NCBI RefSeq assembly: GCF_009914755.1
Contig: NC_060928.1
Length of the DNA: 64,000 bases
From: the human T2T-CHM13v2.0 reference genome, Homo sapiens
Strand: one strand, 5' to 3'
A program made the translations under genes and the position numbers. Positions 1 through 14,859 of this stretch are shown one piece after another. Position 1 is the first letter of the stretch, and each line of letters begins with the position of its first letter. The notes beneath the pieces are model-generated. The model was not told the origin of the DNA and searched no databases. It saw only the letters and a list, made by a program, of their open reading frames with translations.

Positions 1-1270
1 ATAAATAGAAATGAATTCCCCCAGTGTAATAGAAGGCAACTAAAAAAAACCCACAGATAATATAAAATCTATGATAAAATTCTCAAGCCTTTCCACTTAA
101 GATCAGGACAAAGTCAGGACATCTGTCATGAATTCTATCTACTACTATCTACTGGAGAGTATAGTCAGTGCATTAAGGCTGGAAAAAGAAATAATGGTAA
201 CGTATATTGGAGTACAGCATGTAAAATTGTATTTATTCACATGCATCATAATTATGTAAAGGAAAATCCTAAATTCAATGTAACATCTATTAGAATCCTA
301 GAAAATATGTTTGGAAGAAAGAAAAGCAAGTCCAAAGATTATTTGAAAATGAAAATCATCTAGAATAGTGTATTGAATTTTGAAAAAGAACAACAGTAGA
401 TAACTCATATTGCTTCAAATATTTACTATTGTAGCTACAGTAATCAAGATAGGCTAACATTTAATAGATATATGATTAATGGGACCAAATATAGATTCCA
501 GACACCTATTTGTTCCATTGATTTTTTTTTTGCAAAGATGCCAAGGTAATTCAATAAGGAATAATAATATTTTCAATAAGTGGTATTTAAAAGACTGAAT
601 ATTTGTATGAAAATAAAATGGAATGAACCTGTGCCTCACATAAAATGTATCAAAATCTACCTTTCTATCTCTTTATCACTCTCTGAGCTAAAGTTCTACA
701 ATTTGTATAAGAAAACAAAGAAGGAAACCTTTGTGACATTGAGTTAGGAAAAGATTTCTTAAACAAGACAAAAAACTGAATCATACAAAAAAATCAGTGA
801 GGCAGACTTCAAAAAGTTAGTCTTTTGTAATTCTTTTCTTTATAAGAAAATGAGAAGGTAAGCCACAGATTGGAGGACAAATTATAAAATCTATATCTGA
901 CAAAAGTCTTCGAAAAAGTTTTCTTTTCAAAAGAAACCCAAACTTGGAAAAACACAAATGTTTTTCGTCTGATAAATGGATAAACAATTGTAGTACAAAA
1001 TATTGTTACAGTGAAACAACGTAGATGAATCTCAAAATATTAGTCTAATATGAGAGGCTATAGTGTAATATTTATAGCTTTATTGACATGAAATTCTAGA
1101 AAATGAGACCCACAGTTAAAAAAAAATAATGGTTTACAGAGAGTCAGAGAAAGACATGAATTGTAAATATTTCAATCTATATCTTTATCTTGGTGATGGC
1201 AAAGAGTTTATGAAAACATATACCAAAAATGGAAGAATTCTACTGTATTATAAAATATTGTTATACAAAT
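1..1270 (+). mobile_element. Old LINE-1 (L1ME-like) ORF2/3' fragments, heavily decayed
   Basis: A-rich, with recognisable L1 ORF2 remnants such as gtagctacagtaatcaagata, gaaaagatttcttaaacaagaca and gccacagattggagga. No open frame. Confidence 0.75.
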
Positions 1271-3639
1271 GAAGAGAAAAATCAGTAAGTCAGACGTGCT
1301 AAATTTTAGGTGATGAGAATGCTGTTGCGGTATAACTATGATAGAACTGAATATCTTAGTTTGACTTGTGTGTTGAAGGCTGGTAGAGGTAACTTAATCT
1401 TAACTTCTGATTTTCAACACTACCAGAAAAGCTGAATTAACAGAGAAAAATAAAGAATAATTTTGAGAGTCTTGAACCTCAGTTTCAAGACTCAATTATC
1501 TAGTCTGTCTGACCTACCGCTCCTTCCTCACTGATTGTAGGAGGATCTTCCATCACTCAATATCAGTTTCCTTTCATAAAATTGTATCAGGTTTCAGTAT
1601 TCCTCAAGAAAAATCTATTTGCCACATATGTGGATCATGTTACCTAGAGTTGTCCATCAAAAAAACAGCTCAAACGAAAGCAAATACACCGCCTAGCATT
1701 TTTCCTTTTCTATTTGGAGCTTTTATTTTAAATTCATCATTCATTTCCTTAACCATAGCCTTCCATACTGTTATATTAACCAGATTGTATAATTTCTCAA
1801 GTATGAAGCTCTATTTAGGAGTTGTAGTAATATGGAACATTTCCCTTGCTACTAAAAATTGGTAGAAAATGTAATGCATTAAGTCAAGCAGAGAAAGACA
1901 GATTGCAAACTGCCAGTGATTTACATGATAGAATTAAAGAATATACATAGATATATAAAAACACATTCTGCCCAACTTAGAAATTAGAAGCACCACAACT
2001 ACCAGCAAAACTATAAATTTATAATAAGTTATTTATTATCTGTTGAGCAAATTAATAAAATAGATAACATAAATAGACATTATTTTAATAGTAGTATCTA
2101 AAGTTTTGCTTCTACTCCTTAAAATTCTCAAAAGCTACCTTCTGGCTTTCTGTTACTTTAGTTTTACCTTATCCCTTCTCCAAAATGCAGAAAAATAGCA
2201 TATACCAAAAGCAGATGAATTCTTGTGTGTTGGAGGCTGACAGAGGTAACATACTCTCTAAAGTGGTATAGAGCTAGAGAGAAGGTAAAATGAATGTTCA
2301 CAGTGACAACACTTGTTAATCATAAGAAGGTGGCAGGTTCAATCTGTGACCTGAGATACTGTGAATAATCAAGGCCTTAATAGAAAGTAACTAGTAAGTA
2401 AAAATACTATAGCTAAAACCTATGTCCAAAGTGAGAAGACAAAATAAAAACTAGAAGATAATGTAATGACCAAGAAGCACATGAGAAGTCATCCTGAGAG
2501 GTCTGATTCTGTTGTTCTTACATGAGTCTGTTTAGAACAAGATGGCCTGTTTAAGAACCAGTGTTTGCCATACAACTCTCAAAGATACATGTTAATTGTC
2601 TGATGGGATTTGACGTTTGCCAATCTGTAAAACATTCAACACTTTTAAACTAATTTTCCTTATTCAGTCTCATTTAATGTAGGCTATACTACACTTGAAA
2701 GGGTATAGGTAAAAATATCAGGACGATTGCAGAGTGAGAGAAAAAGCATTGTATATGACAATCATCTGTGAATTCAAATGCGGGGAAATAGTTCACCATT
2801 TGCTCCAGAGACCTCATCGCTTGAACTGTCTGTTCTGGTATTACACTTATGATTCCCTATTCAGGGAAATTCTCACAAAATACCAGCAAGAAAATGTATA
2901 GCTGACACGGGGGAAATTTCTAAATGTGGACAAAAATATCAATTGATTGTCTGAAAGCAAATCTTAGCTTGTTAGGCTTCAATATGTGTTGTATAAAATA
3001 TTTCTACTGATTATTACTTCAACATATTACCTAAGTAGATATTTGAATGAGATTTATTTAGCAGATTGATTTTTTTCAATGTGAGAATACCTCCTAGGAA
3101 GTATGAAGCTTGGAAATAAATTATGAAAGTTAAAATTTTTTGTGGCTTTACAAAACTTTTATTTTTTTCAAAAATGTGAGATGATTTAGTTATATATTCA
3201 TACCGAAACTGATAATTGGACTTTCTGACCAGCAAACTTTAATAAATATTTGAAGAGTTTTGTTTACAACCTTCCTGACATTGGACTAAGTATAAAAGGT
3301 ACTTTTAATTTATCTTAGAAACTCAAGAGATATTTTTCAATAATATTATGCTACAATGTAATATCTAATTGAGAAGCATACATTATAATGCTAAAAATTC
3401 CCCTTAAGTAGCCTGTAATCTGATGCCTAATGTTCATATCAACACTTTGTGAGTGAAATGTTTGAGTTTGCTATTGTTGTAAAACTCCCTTAATCCTTAA
3501 TAAAGCGTATGAAAAAAGATGAAATATTTTTCAAGTATATAATTAATTGCAAATGCGTAGACTTGATGCCGATAACTCCCTAAAAGAATAGAATTATTTG
3601 TGAATGAGCAAATGTGATGAACTATGATGAACAAAGAAT

Positions 3640-3885
3640 AATTGCTTACACTTATACTGCACTTTAAGTGGCCTACAAAATACTGTCAAATAAATTATCT
3701 AATTTAGTCCTTACAATTAACAATAATACAAGTATTGTTTTCTCTTCATGTAAAATCATGAAGAAATGTGACTCAGAAAAATAAGTAACTCATTTTATAA
3801 GCAAGCAATTGGTGTAGGTACAACTGGATTAAAATTCAGAAATCCCATTACAAATCATGTCATTTTCCAGGATATTGTACCACCT
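3640..3885 (-). mobile_element. MIR SINE remnant
   Basis: Degenerate MIR core in antisense (tctaatttagtccttacaat ... gaaatgtgactcagaaaaataagtaact). Confidence 0.5.
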
Positions 3886-6800
3886 CTGTCAATAAAACAG
3901 ATAATTTTCTTCCTCACATTTTCAGATAAGCCAAGGTATAAAGCACAGAAGTATAGATCACAGAGTTTGTGTTTTCCTATTGTGTTTATTTTTCATTTCA
4001 ACCTCATTTCAGTCAATGTAACTGCTCTTATGAAATATACAATAAAATGATTGTTTATTTTATTGAGTTATGAAAATTTCAACTAACTAAATGCAAAAAT
4101 GAAAAATGTTATTTATAGTTATATCCATAACTATAAATATGTTAAAAAAATAAAATATTAAATTTCAGCCAAAGGGAAAATCTTGAATATTTTAAAGAAG
4201 AAATCTAACAAAATGATGTACTATGCTGAAAAAATACTTAATAGAAAAAATACAAATATTAAATATGTGAATATCCTTATTTAATATTGTCTTTCCAAGT
4301 TCCATTTTTTAATAAGAAACTATAAGTAATTTGTTGACCTTACTGCATATCTCCTTCCTCTTTGACGTGGGGATAATTTCTCTTCTACTCATCTATATGG
4401 TCAAGTAGTGATGTAAATAGGAGGTCTTTAAAGTATAAACACACAGCAAAATAAAAAATTACTTGTCTTTCAAAGAAATTTAAAAATTATATTGGAATAA
4501 TTTTTTTTCCTTACATTTCTTATTTTGCTTTCATCAGAACAAGTGTTAGTAAAAATTTAGTATTAGACTATAGTGAATATACCTTTTCTAATCTCTGAGA
4601 CTACCAGAGTTCTGTATAGATGGAGTTCTTTATCATGGAAGCACTTCTTGAATGGTTAAGGGACCTCAAAAATACACTCTTCCATAAAGCAATGAGAACA
4701 CTGGAAAAAGTTTTCAGAATAAACTGTTTCAGAACTCTGGAAATTAACAAAAGGCTTGCTACAATATGAAAAACAATTATTCAAGAAAATGGCTGAATTT
4801 CTGTAATAATACATAGTAACATGCTATTTATCTTGCCATATTCTGATTCCTCTGTCTATAGCTCCATGGCAGCCTTGTAAACTGTAGCCCCACAGGATTT
4901 GTGAAAAACAGAAAATTAGCAATTACTGAAGGAGACAGAAAGGTGTAAAGCACCTCCTGCCTCCGACTCCTGCAAAAAGAAACCCATCCTCAGAGAACTG
5001 ACTTGTCTGGCAGCTGTCTGAAAAAGCCCAATTCACATGGCTTATCTTTATTAGATCTGGCTCAGAGTTTGCTCATTGTGAAGTGCCTTTCTCCTGGGTG
5101 TTTGTCAAAAAATGATCAGTGAAAATTGTTTAACATTGTAGGTGCCTCAGTTAGAGATACCTGTTGAGGCTAATGAAGTGCTGACTAAAAAACTTAACAG
5201 TGAAAACTAAAGAGTGATGTGTTCATAAGGGACTTTGAAAGGTTCTAACATAATCCTGAGAATCTAAAAGGCCATACACATGTGTAAGGCTATGCGCACT
5301 TCAAGAATTATCTAAGAAGGCCCTAATCTCTCAACTCTGTCTTACCTTGCCTCTCTGCATAAGCAAAAAGTGAAGGCTGAAACAGAATAGTATATCTTAG
5401 AAGCATTGTAGGTGTGCCCTAACATATCACCAAAGCTTGTGAGCAAAGACTAAAAATAATTTATTCATGGCATTAAATATAATCTTTGCCAAATCACTAG
5501 ATGGATAGCCACCAAACTAAAAAACAGAGGCTTAAGTGGCTACATACAAATAGAATATAAACTTCACAGAGTTAGAATAGGAAAGTTTCTACGATAAACA
5601 AGCCACAATGGTAAAAACAATAACAAAAACAACAAACAGAAACAACAATAATCCCTAAGGAGAAACAGGAGTTGGATTGTCAGAGTTATCACATTATGTT
5701 TTTCTCAACGTGCAGTTTCCAATGAAAAGTTGTAAGGTATGCAAAAAAACAGCAGTGTATGACCCATAGGAAGGAAAAGGAGAGTCAACAGAAATAGTCT
5801 TAAGGAAACCCAGACACAAGATTTACTAGACAAAGGCCTTAAATCAGCCTTTATAAACATGTTTAAACAAATAAAGGAAACCATGTCTAAACAATTAAAG
5901 AAGTGTAAAAAATAAAATCTCATCAAATAGAATATATTAATAAAGAAATAGAAAATATTTTTAAAAAGAACCAAATGGAAATTCTGGAGATGAAAAATAC
6001 AGTAACTGAAATTTAAAAATATAGAGAAACTCAGCAACATTTTGAACTGGCACAATTAAGAAACAATGAACTTGAATATAGGTCAAATGATATCTAGTTG
6101 GAGGAAAAAAAAGGAAACCATAATAACAAGAAATTAACAGATGTTTAGCAACTTGTGGAGCATCATCAAGTACCGGTATATGCACAATGGGAGTTCCAGA
6201 AAGAAAGGAGAGCAATGAGGGAGCAGAAAGAATATTGGAAAAAAAAAAAAAAAAAAAGGCTAACAACTTGCCAAATTTGATGACAAACTTGAATGTACAT
6301 TTCCAAGAAGGTCAATGAAATCTAAGTAGGATAAACTAAAAAGTTATACTTGCAAGCACAACATAATCACATAATTTAAAGCAAAAGACAAAGATTATTA
6401 AAAGGAGCAAGTGAATAGCAATTTATTATATACAGGAAACTTCAGTAAGACTAACCCCTAAATTCTCATGAGAACCTATGGAGGCCAGAAGGCAATAGAA
6501 TACAAAATTCAAAGTGCAGGAAAAAAAGATTGCCAAGCAAAAATTCTACATCTAGCAACACTTTAAAAAAAATAGAAAAGGTCTCTCTGTAGTTATTTAA
6601 TGCATGTGTCAGATATACTATAAAAAGAGGATACGGTGCAATAAAATGAGAGCAATTATATACAAATCTATATCAAAAAAGATGAAACAAGACATTCCTT
6701 GATAAACAAAAACTGAGAGAATTTGTTACTAGAAGAACTGCCATACACAAAATACATCTTCCTGAAGGAAGAACTTCAGGGTTAAATGGAAGGATACTAA

Positions 6801-6920
6801 TTAGTATGAAAATAAATGAAGAACATCAGTAAAGTTAACTAGTAGGTAATATGGAAGACAGCATGAAGATATTTCTATTCGTAACTTCTTTCTTTTTCTA
6901 TCTGACATAAAATACAATGA

Positions 6921-7244
<324 letters not shown>

Positions 7245-9053
7245 AAAATAACTATTTAAAAAAAGCAAAAAGTACAGAGCTATATTACAGCAAGTTTTGT
7301 GTACGCTATTGTAATTAGACCAATATTATTCCCACTTAGATAGTTTTAAATTAAGGTGTTTATTTAATCTCCAGGGACCACTAAGAAAATAACTCAAAAA
7401 TATATAGTAAAATAAACAATAATGAATTAAAATGGCACATAAATGGAGTAATGACATAATCCTCTTCCACCTTAGAAAGCCAGAAAAAGACAACCAAATT
7501 AAACTCAAAGCAAAGAAAGAAGGATATAATAAATATTAAAGTCAAAATAAAGGAGGTGAAGAATATAAAAATAACAGAATCAATAACATCTAAAGTTGTT
7601 TTTTTGATGATTTCAACAAACTTGACAAAACTTTAGCTGGCTAGCTGAAGAAAAGAACTCTACTTACTAAAATCAGAAAAAAAGAGAAGGGATGTCACTA
7701 CTGATCTTTCATAAATAAAATGTTTTGAAAGAATATTATAATTAACTGCTAAATTTGATAACCTAAATTAAATGGAGACATTCCTAGAAAGAGGAAAACT
7801 GTGGAAAGTGACTCAAGAAAAACTGAATGTTTGAATAGACCAATAATAAAGAGCAATGTGATTGAATTCATAACTTAAAAACCTCTCGAAAAGAAACCTC
7901 CAGTTCTAGATTATTTCACAGGTGAATTCTGCCAAATGTTTATAGAAAGAATCAACAAAAATTCTTATAAAAAATAGAAGAGGAAGTAAGTCTTCTCAAC
8001 TGTTCTAGGTCAGTATAGACATAGATTAAAAAATTCTCAGCAGAATAATAGCAAACAAAATCCATCAGTACATGAAGGCAACTATAAACCTTAATTAAGT
8101 TAGACGTACTCGTAAAGTGCAAAGTTAGTTTAGCAAAATCCACACAATTAGTGTAATATGATGTACTATATTAACAGGATAAAGAACAAGAACTATATGA
8201 ACTTCTGAATCTATTCAGAGAAAGCGTTTGACAAAATCCAACATCCTTGCGTGATAAGTGCTTAGCAAACTAGGAATTGAATGGACCCTCCTCAATACGA
8301 TAAAGGACATCTATTAAAAAAAGCAAAAAACAACAAAAAGCAAAACAAAACAAAAAACCACAAGTTACATCATACTAATAGGGATATACTGAATGTTTTT
8401 CCTCCAAAATTTGGAACAAGGCAAGAATATCTGTTGTTGCTTCTTTTCAGCATTCTTTGAGGTTCTAGACAGTTTTATTAGGCAAGAAAAATAGAAAGGT
8501 CTAAAATTTAAAATATCCCTATTTGCAGATGGCATGATCTTGCACATGGAAAATCTTAAGGAATCCACTGAACAACTATTAGAACTGACAAATGAGTTCA
8601 GCAAGGTTGCAGGATGCAAGCTCAATATACAAAAGCCAATTGTATTTCTATAAATTTGCAATGGGCAATATGAATAGGAAATTAAGAAAACAATTTTTAA
8701 TAGCATCAAAAAAGTAAAATACTTGGGAATAAATTTAACAAAAGATGTATAAGTCTGTACATTGAAAGCTATAAACTTTCATCAAAAGAAATTAAAGAAG
8801 ACTTAGAAAGACATCCTGTGTTCATGAATTGAAAGACATAATATTGTTAAGATGTAAAATACTCCCCAAATTGATACATAGGATTAACATATCAAATGTC
8901 TGATAAGAATATTATATCCAGAATACAAAATAAATGAATGCAATCCAACAATTAAAACATAATTTTAAAATGTGAAATAATGTGAATTGACATTTATTTA
9001 AATCAGATACAAATGACCAATAAGCAAACGCAAAATGTTTAACATCAGTAGTC

Positions 9054-9724
9054 TGTGTGATCTGAGACACCAAAACAAATACCCCTTTATCAACTAATAT
9101 GGACTCTAAGGTTAAGGAAACAAAAGTTACCAGGGTTCAGAGATGAGCTGGCATGGCAACTTCCTAAGTCTCTATGACTACAAGTAAAACCACACTCTTG
9201 CTAACCAATAGGATCTATCAGGCAAATTGTCAGACCCTTCCTAACTCTGATTTACAACCCAGACCACTACAGCGCTGAACAGAGGACTGGTCTCAGGCTG
9301 TTTTCTGATAAGCTACTGCAGACCTTAAGCCAGTTTCAGCCAACTTGTAGAAACTTCACACAAACTGCCTTTGTGTTCTATAGTTCATCTTTTGATGTAA
9401 AGAGCCAAATTCCACCTCATTTTAATGCTAAAGCCTGCCCCAAGGAGAACATGGGATATATGTTAGGTACATGTTTCCCCATTGCACAAACACTCCACTT
9501 CTCTTTTAAATACGTACAGCTTTTCACCCAAACCCGCTAAATAGTATCACTTTTTTGCGTAATTCAGATCTTGTGAGGCATAAAAACCCACCTGGCTTTT
9601 TTCTCTTTGAAGATAACATCTTTGGTACATGCTAGAGACTGTCTCTTCTCTGTTTACAAACTGATATTGCCAGTAAAACTCTTCTTTCTACTATTTTGCC
9701 ATACTGGTGGTCTTTTGGATGACA
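9054..9724 (+). mobile_element. Solo ERV1-class (MER4-group) LTR, 671 bp, subfamily not determined
   Basis: TG...CA termini and a perfect 4-bp TSD AGTC (9050-9053 and 9725-9728). The L1 sequence aacatcagt-agtc-attaggag rejoins when the insert is removed. Confidence 0.85.
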
Positions 9725-11159
9725 AGTCATTAGGAGAATTCAGATGAAAGCCACAATAACATATCACTTACACACACTGGGATGACTAAAAATAAAAAAA
9801 AACAGACATAACCTGTATTGATGAGTTTGTGGAGAAATCAGAATACACATATATTACTTGTGAAAGTATGAAATGGTGCAGCCACTTTGAAAAACAGCTT
9901 GTCAGTTCCTCAAAATGTTGAATATAGATTTACCACCATATGACCCAGCAATTACTCATCTAACCATATAAACAACAAAACTGAAAACATACCTCCATAT
10001 TAGATCATATATAGCAAGTTTTATATCTGTGAGTTGGCCTGTAGGTTTATGTAGCAGCATCATTTTAATAGCTAAAAATTGAAAACAACCCAAAAATGTG
10101 TCAAATGGTGAAAGTATAAACAAAAGGTGATATATCCATAGCATAGAATATTGTTCAGTTAGTAAAAGAAGTGTAGTGACATAGAGCAGAGCACAAACGA
10201 ACCTTGAAATCATGATGCTAAGTGAAAGAAAGCATTCATAAAAAGCCACATATTGTACAATTTCATTTATATAAAGTACTCAGAATAATTAAATCTAAAA
10301 GATAGAAAGTAGTTTAGTGGTTGCCAGAGGCTGGGAGAAGGGGAGAATGAAGAGTGATTACTAATCTTACAAGGTTTTTTTTGAAATGGTAAAATGTTTT
10401 AAAATTAGATAGTTGTGATAGCTGTGCAATGTTGTGAATATACTGAAAAGCACCAAATTGTACATCTTAAAAAGGTAAATTTTATGGTATGTGAATTACA
10501 TGTCAATAAAGGTGTTATAAAGTCTATAATAAATATTTGGCTTTTAGTATGTTTAAATTATCAAGTTGATGAATTATATACATATATTCTCAGGATGTTG
10601 AATGCACTGTCTAGTATATTTTTATTTTTAATATATTTTTGAATACCGAATTATAAATATATTTAGAATCCTATGAATATGTAAAACAAGTCTCTAAGGT
10701 AAGATAAATTCAGGGTAATACTGAGAAATAAAAATATATATCATAATTTAGAAAAAAGAAAATATGCTGGAATACAAGCATTTAGCCAGTTTAGAAACAT
10801 TTTGTTCTGACGCTTGATTACATAATCATATCTATGTAGCTCTTTTTTCTAAAGGAAATTGTCCAATTGTGTGCATAACTCTTATCTGTAATACAAATAT
10901 TTCCTTGTTTAACAAGAAATAACCTTGGTGAATATCTGTTACCACTGAGGTTGGTCAACTGTCACTCTCCTCCTTATGCCCACTTGCAACATCTGTCACA
11001 TAGACATAATGCACACAAATGCTTGGTATTTTTCAATTTTAAAAATTATTTGATGCTTTTTCCTTGCAAATATATATAATTAAAAATTTACCTCAATTAT
11101 AATATACCCTATATTGCTTTCCTGAGCCTATGTAGTTTATTTAGCTCCCCCTAATTTGT

Positions 11160-11330
11160 TAGTTCATTTATTTAAGAATTTGGCATCTATTAATTGTTAA
11201 TTCTATGTCAGGCAAAAGCAATATCAACGTGGATAAGACATATTTCTTGTCTTTAAGGAGCTCAGATTGCAGCAGGAAGACAGGTAGCCAATGTGCGGAA
11301 TGTGAAGTGAGATCTACCCCAATATATTGT
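11160..11330 (-). mobile_element. L2 3'-end fragment
   Basis: ttcatttatttaag...ctatgtcaggca...cttgtctttaaggagctcaga, typical of an antisense L2 3' end. Confidence 0.55.
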
Positions 11331-11514
11331 ACATTAGAAAACAGGAAAACTCATGTGATTTTACCTGTCTATAAAAATCTCCTGAGGATGTATTAGAAAA
11401 CTCATGGCTGAAATTTATTGTATGTTCAAAATTATGATCAAAGTGAATGGGTAATAGATTTTTTTTTATGGACAAACTTTGTAATTTAATTAGCTTAACC
11501 TTGAGTCAGCTTTT

Positions 11515-11833
<319 letters not shown>

Positions 11834-14800
11834 TCAGCTTTCGTAACCTGAACTGGTAAAATGATAGATAAAGGGGCATTTCTTCTAAAGACTACTGCTT
11901 GTTTCGATGTCTCCACTTTAAGAACGTCCAAATGGAATTTGTGCTAAAGGGTTGTCTTGACACTTCAATATGGCAAACACTCCCTATCACATAGATGAAA
12001 CTAACAAACAGGTGGAACAATATGGCATCTGGTAAAAGGAGACCATGTAGATTCCCTATGCCAGAGTATGGGGCTACCAGTTGGTCTGAGTTTTTTATTT
12101 AACTTAGAATTTTATTTATCTTCATATAAAATAGTTAACCAATAAAAATGAAATGCAGGGACATATATACTTATGATGATATTGAAATTAAGAGTTCTCA
12201 AGTAGGTCATGATCAATTCTGACTCTAGGTAAGCTTTAACTTGGCCTTCAAGGACGAGTAGAAATATGCTAAGGAAAAATTTTAGGAAAACTGCCAGGTT
12301 TCTGTATGACTTAAAGTGAGTATGAATCAGGAATTTTGAGGTATTCTAAGGTATATTGATTATGTTACAGACTATGCAAAATTACTAACTTCTAAGCGGA
12401 GAAGTCATTTAATAGTTCCACAATGTATGAGTGTTTACCTCTGAAGTATGTGGAAAGCTGGCTAGCAAGGATACAAGATGATGGGCAAGGAGAGCAGTTA
12501 GTGCTTGCCATACTCACTGCAAGAGACACTGAAGGCTTGGACTAAGGCATTGTGGAGTGGGTGTTAGCAACATCCCTACAATTATAAGTGAGTTGGCCTA
12601 AGATTTGTGAAGTTATTTTGGCCATGATTTACTAAAAGTCAAGTTAGTGAATTAAGTCTTTTGTCTTTTCTTCAAAATATACTTGCTCTACTGACAAATA
12701 ACATTATTTTTAATTTTTTTTAAACAAAGTAGATAGAATATGCTCAACCTAATGTGAAATTAAAGGATAATAGCCTATACTCTCCTAAAATACTGTAAAT
12801 TGTATGAATCCAACAGCTAGGGAATTAACAGAAAGAAATAATTGTGTTGAATATTAAATTGCCTTTATATTTTACATACTATATTAAATTATATTATATT
12901 TTATATGTAAACACACAAAAATGTGCCTCAATGAAATAATTATAATGAATGTACCAAATAGGTAATCCAAGTTTGTCCTTGTTGATTGTCACACTAGGTA
13001 GTCGACTTTTAGAATATTGACAATAATGCGCAGGTTGCATACCCTAAAAGAAAGTGGAGTGTAATTTCTCAGCACTCTAATAATCTTATAAAAGTTTGAG
13101 GAGTATTTCTGTTATTCATAAATGTCCTTCCAAGTGATCTATATGCCATCTCTCAGTTAAATTTATATTTGCATTTCATGGAAACTATCAATGATTTCAG
13201 TATGTTTAGAGATTCTCACAGATAATGAGTTAATGTGTGACAATATCTTTAACCAATTTCAGTTTGAACTCTTTAAATATTAAAGATCATTAAAATATAA
13301 ATAAAGATGCAAAAATCCTGGAAAAACAGGTCCTTTTTAATGATTTGTTTTATGAGATATGGAAACAATCCGATCAGAATACAGGTAAAAATCTCCAATA
13401 TCACCAAAGTAATTATGAATTTGCCACTTATATATGTTAAAGTATTTATTGTTAACATGATGTTTTTCAAATTATTTACCTGTGACAATCTGAACTTAAA
13501 ATACTATATTATCTGTGATATTATTGACTTGTGCAAATGTCTTTGATATGAGTTTCAAATTTCTTACTCACTGGTGGCATAGTCTCATTAAAAATTAATC
13601 TAGGAACATATTTAAAATTCAAAAATATTTGCGTTAAATCTGGAATCTTATATAATTCTCCTCAAAACAGGTAGAAGGGCAATATTGTATTGAACATGAT
13701 GAAACCAGCTTTTGCACTCTGCTGCCTGCTCAGCACCAAATACCTTTTATAAACTACAGGATATTGTAGCCTCATGTCAATGTTTGATTTCTTCAAATAT
13801 TTTCCATCTTTATCACAAACTAAAGCTATGACGTACAGAGATGAAAAAGCTCTTCCTTTACATAAGAGGAAAGGTGTATGGTGCCATGAAGAAACGACTA
13901 TATTCTCTGTAGAACCAATAATAATTAAGAGGGAGAATACCTTGTCCCTTGGTAACCTATGTCATTATGGTGTGCAAGTAGTGGTAGAAATGAGTAATAA
14001 ATGCCACTTATTTGCACATCACATTAATTTAAGACTTTTATATATCTTTGGCACTGTTTTATACACAGATTTCTTACAAATATTTAGTTGACAAGTGCAA
14101 ACTTCGGTACTAGAGGACTGTTCATTAGATACAGCAAGGAGTTTTGATAAGGCAGGCTGATTGCTGAGTACAGGTTCTGAACTAAAAATTTAATGGGTGA
14201 GGTTTCCAGAACTCAGGTTCTGTTTCTCACACTAAAGTTGTAATTTCTTCCTTTTTTATTCTTCCTCCTCTTTTCTTTTTTCTTCCCCCTTTTCCTTTTC
14301 CTTTGTTTTTTTAAATTTTTTCAAACAAAATCAACTGTCCCCCAATTTCCTGGTATAGGGTTATTTTTTGACTGAATCCTATTACTGTTCTCTTTCAGGC
14401 AAAATTTTCATTTAAAAGTCAAGCTAAATAAAACATTAAGCAATATTTTCTGACTCCACAAATATTCAAGCATTGCTGAAAATGTTGGGATGAGATGGCA
14501 ATTTGTTTATATTGTCAATTTAGGAGAAATGTTTCTGTGTATTTGGAATCAGAGGGTAGTCTACCACATATTTAGAGGCTCTTGATGAAAGCTATGTGTG
14601 TTTATTTTTACAAATACAACTTATAACCAACTGACTCACTTCAAGAAAAAAATTAGTGTTTTTATTTTAGTTATGCTAAATTTAGAAATTAAATTAAGGA
14701 GACAAAATCTATATGATGTTCAGTTGTATTATCTAAGAACAAAATTTATGTTTACGTTTCCTTAAATTTGTACATATCTTTTCATTTTATTTTTATTGCT

Positions 14801-14859
14801 ATTTTATGTTTCTTCTCTATACCTTGTAAATAACTTTTCATGTATATAAAGACCCTGGG

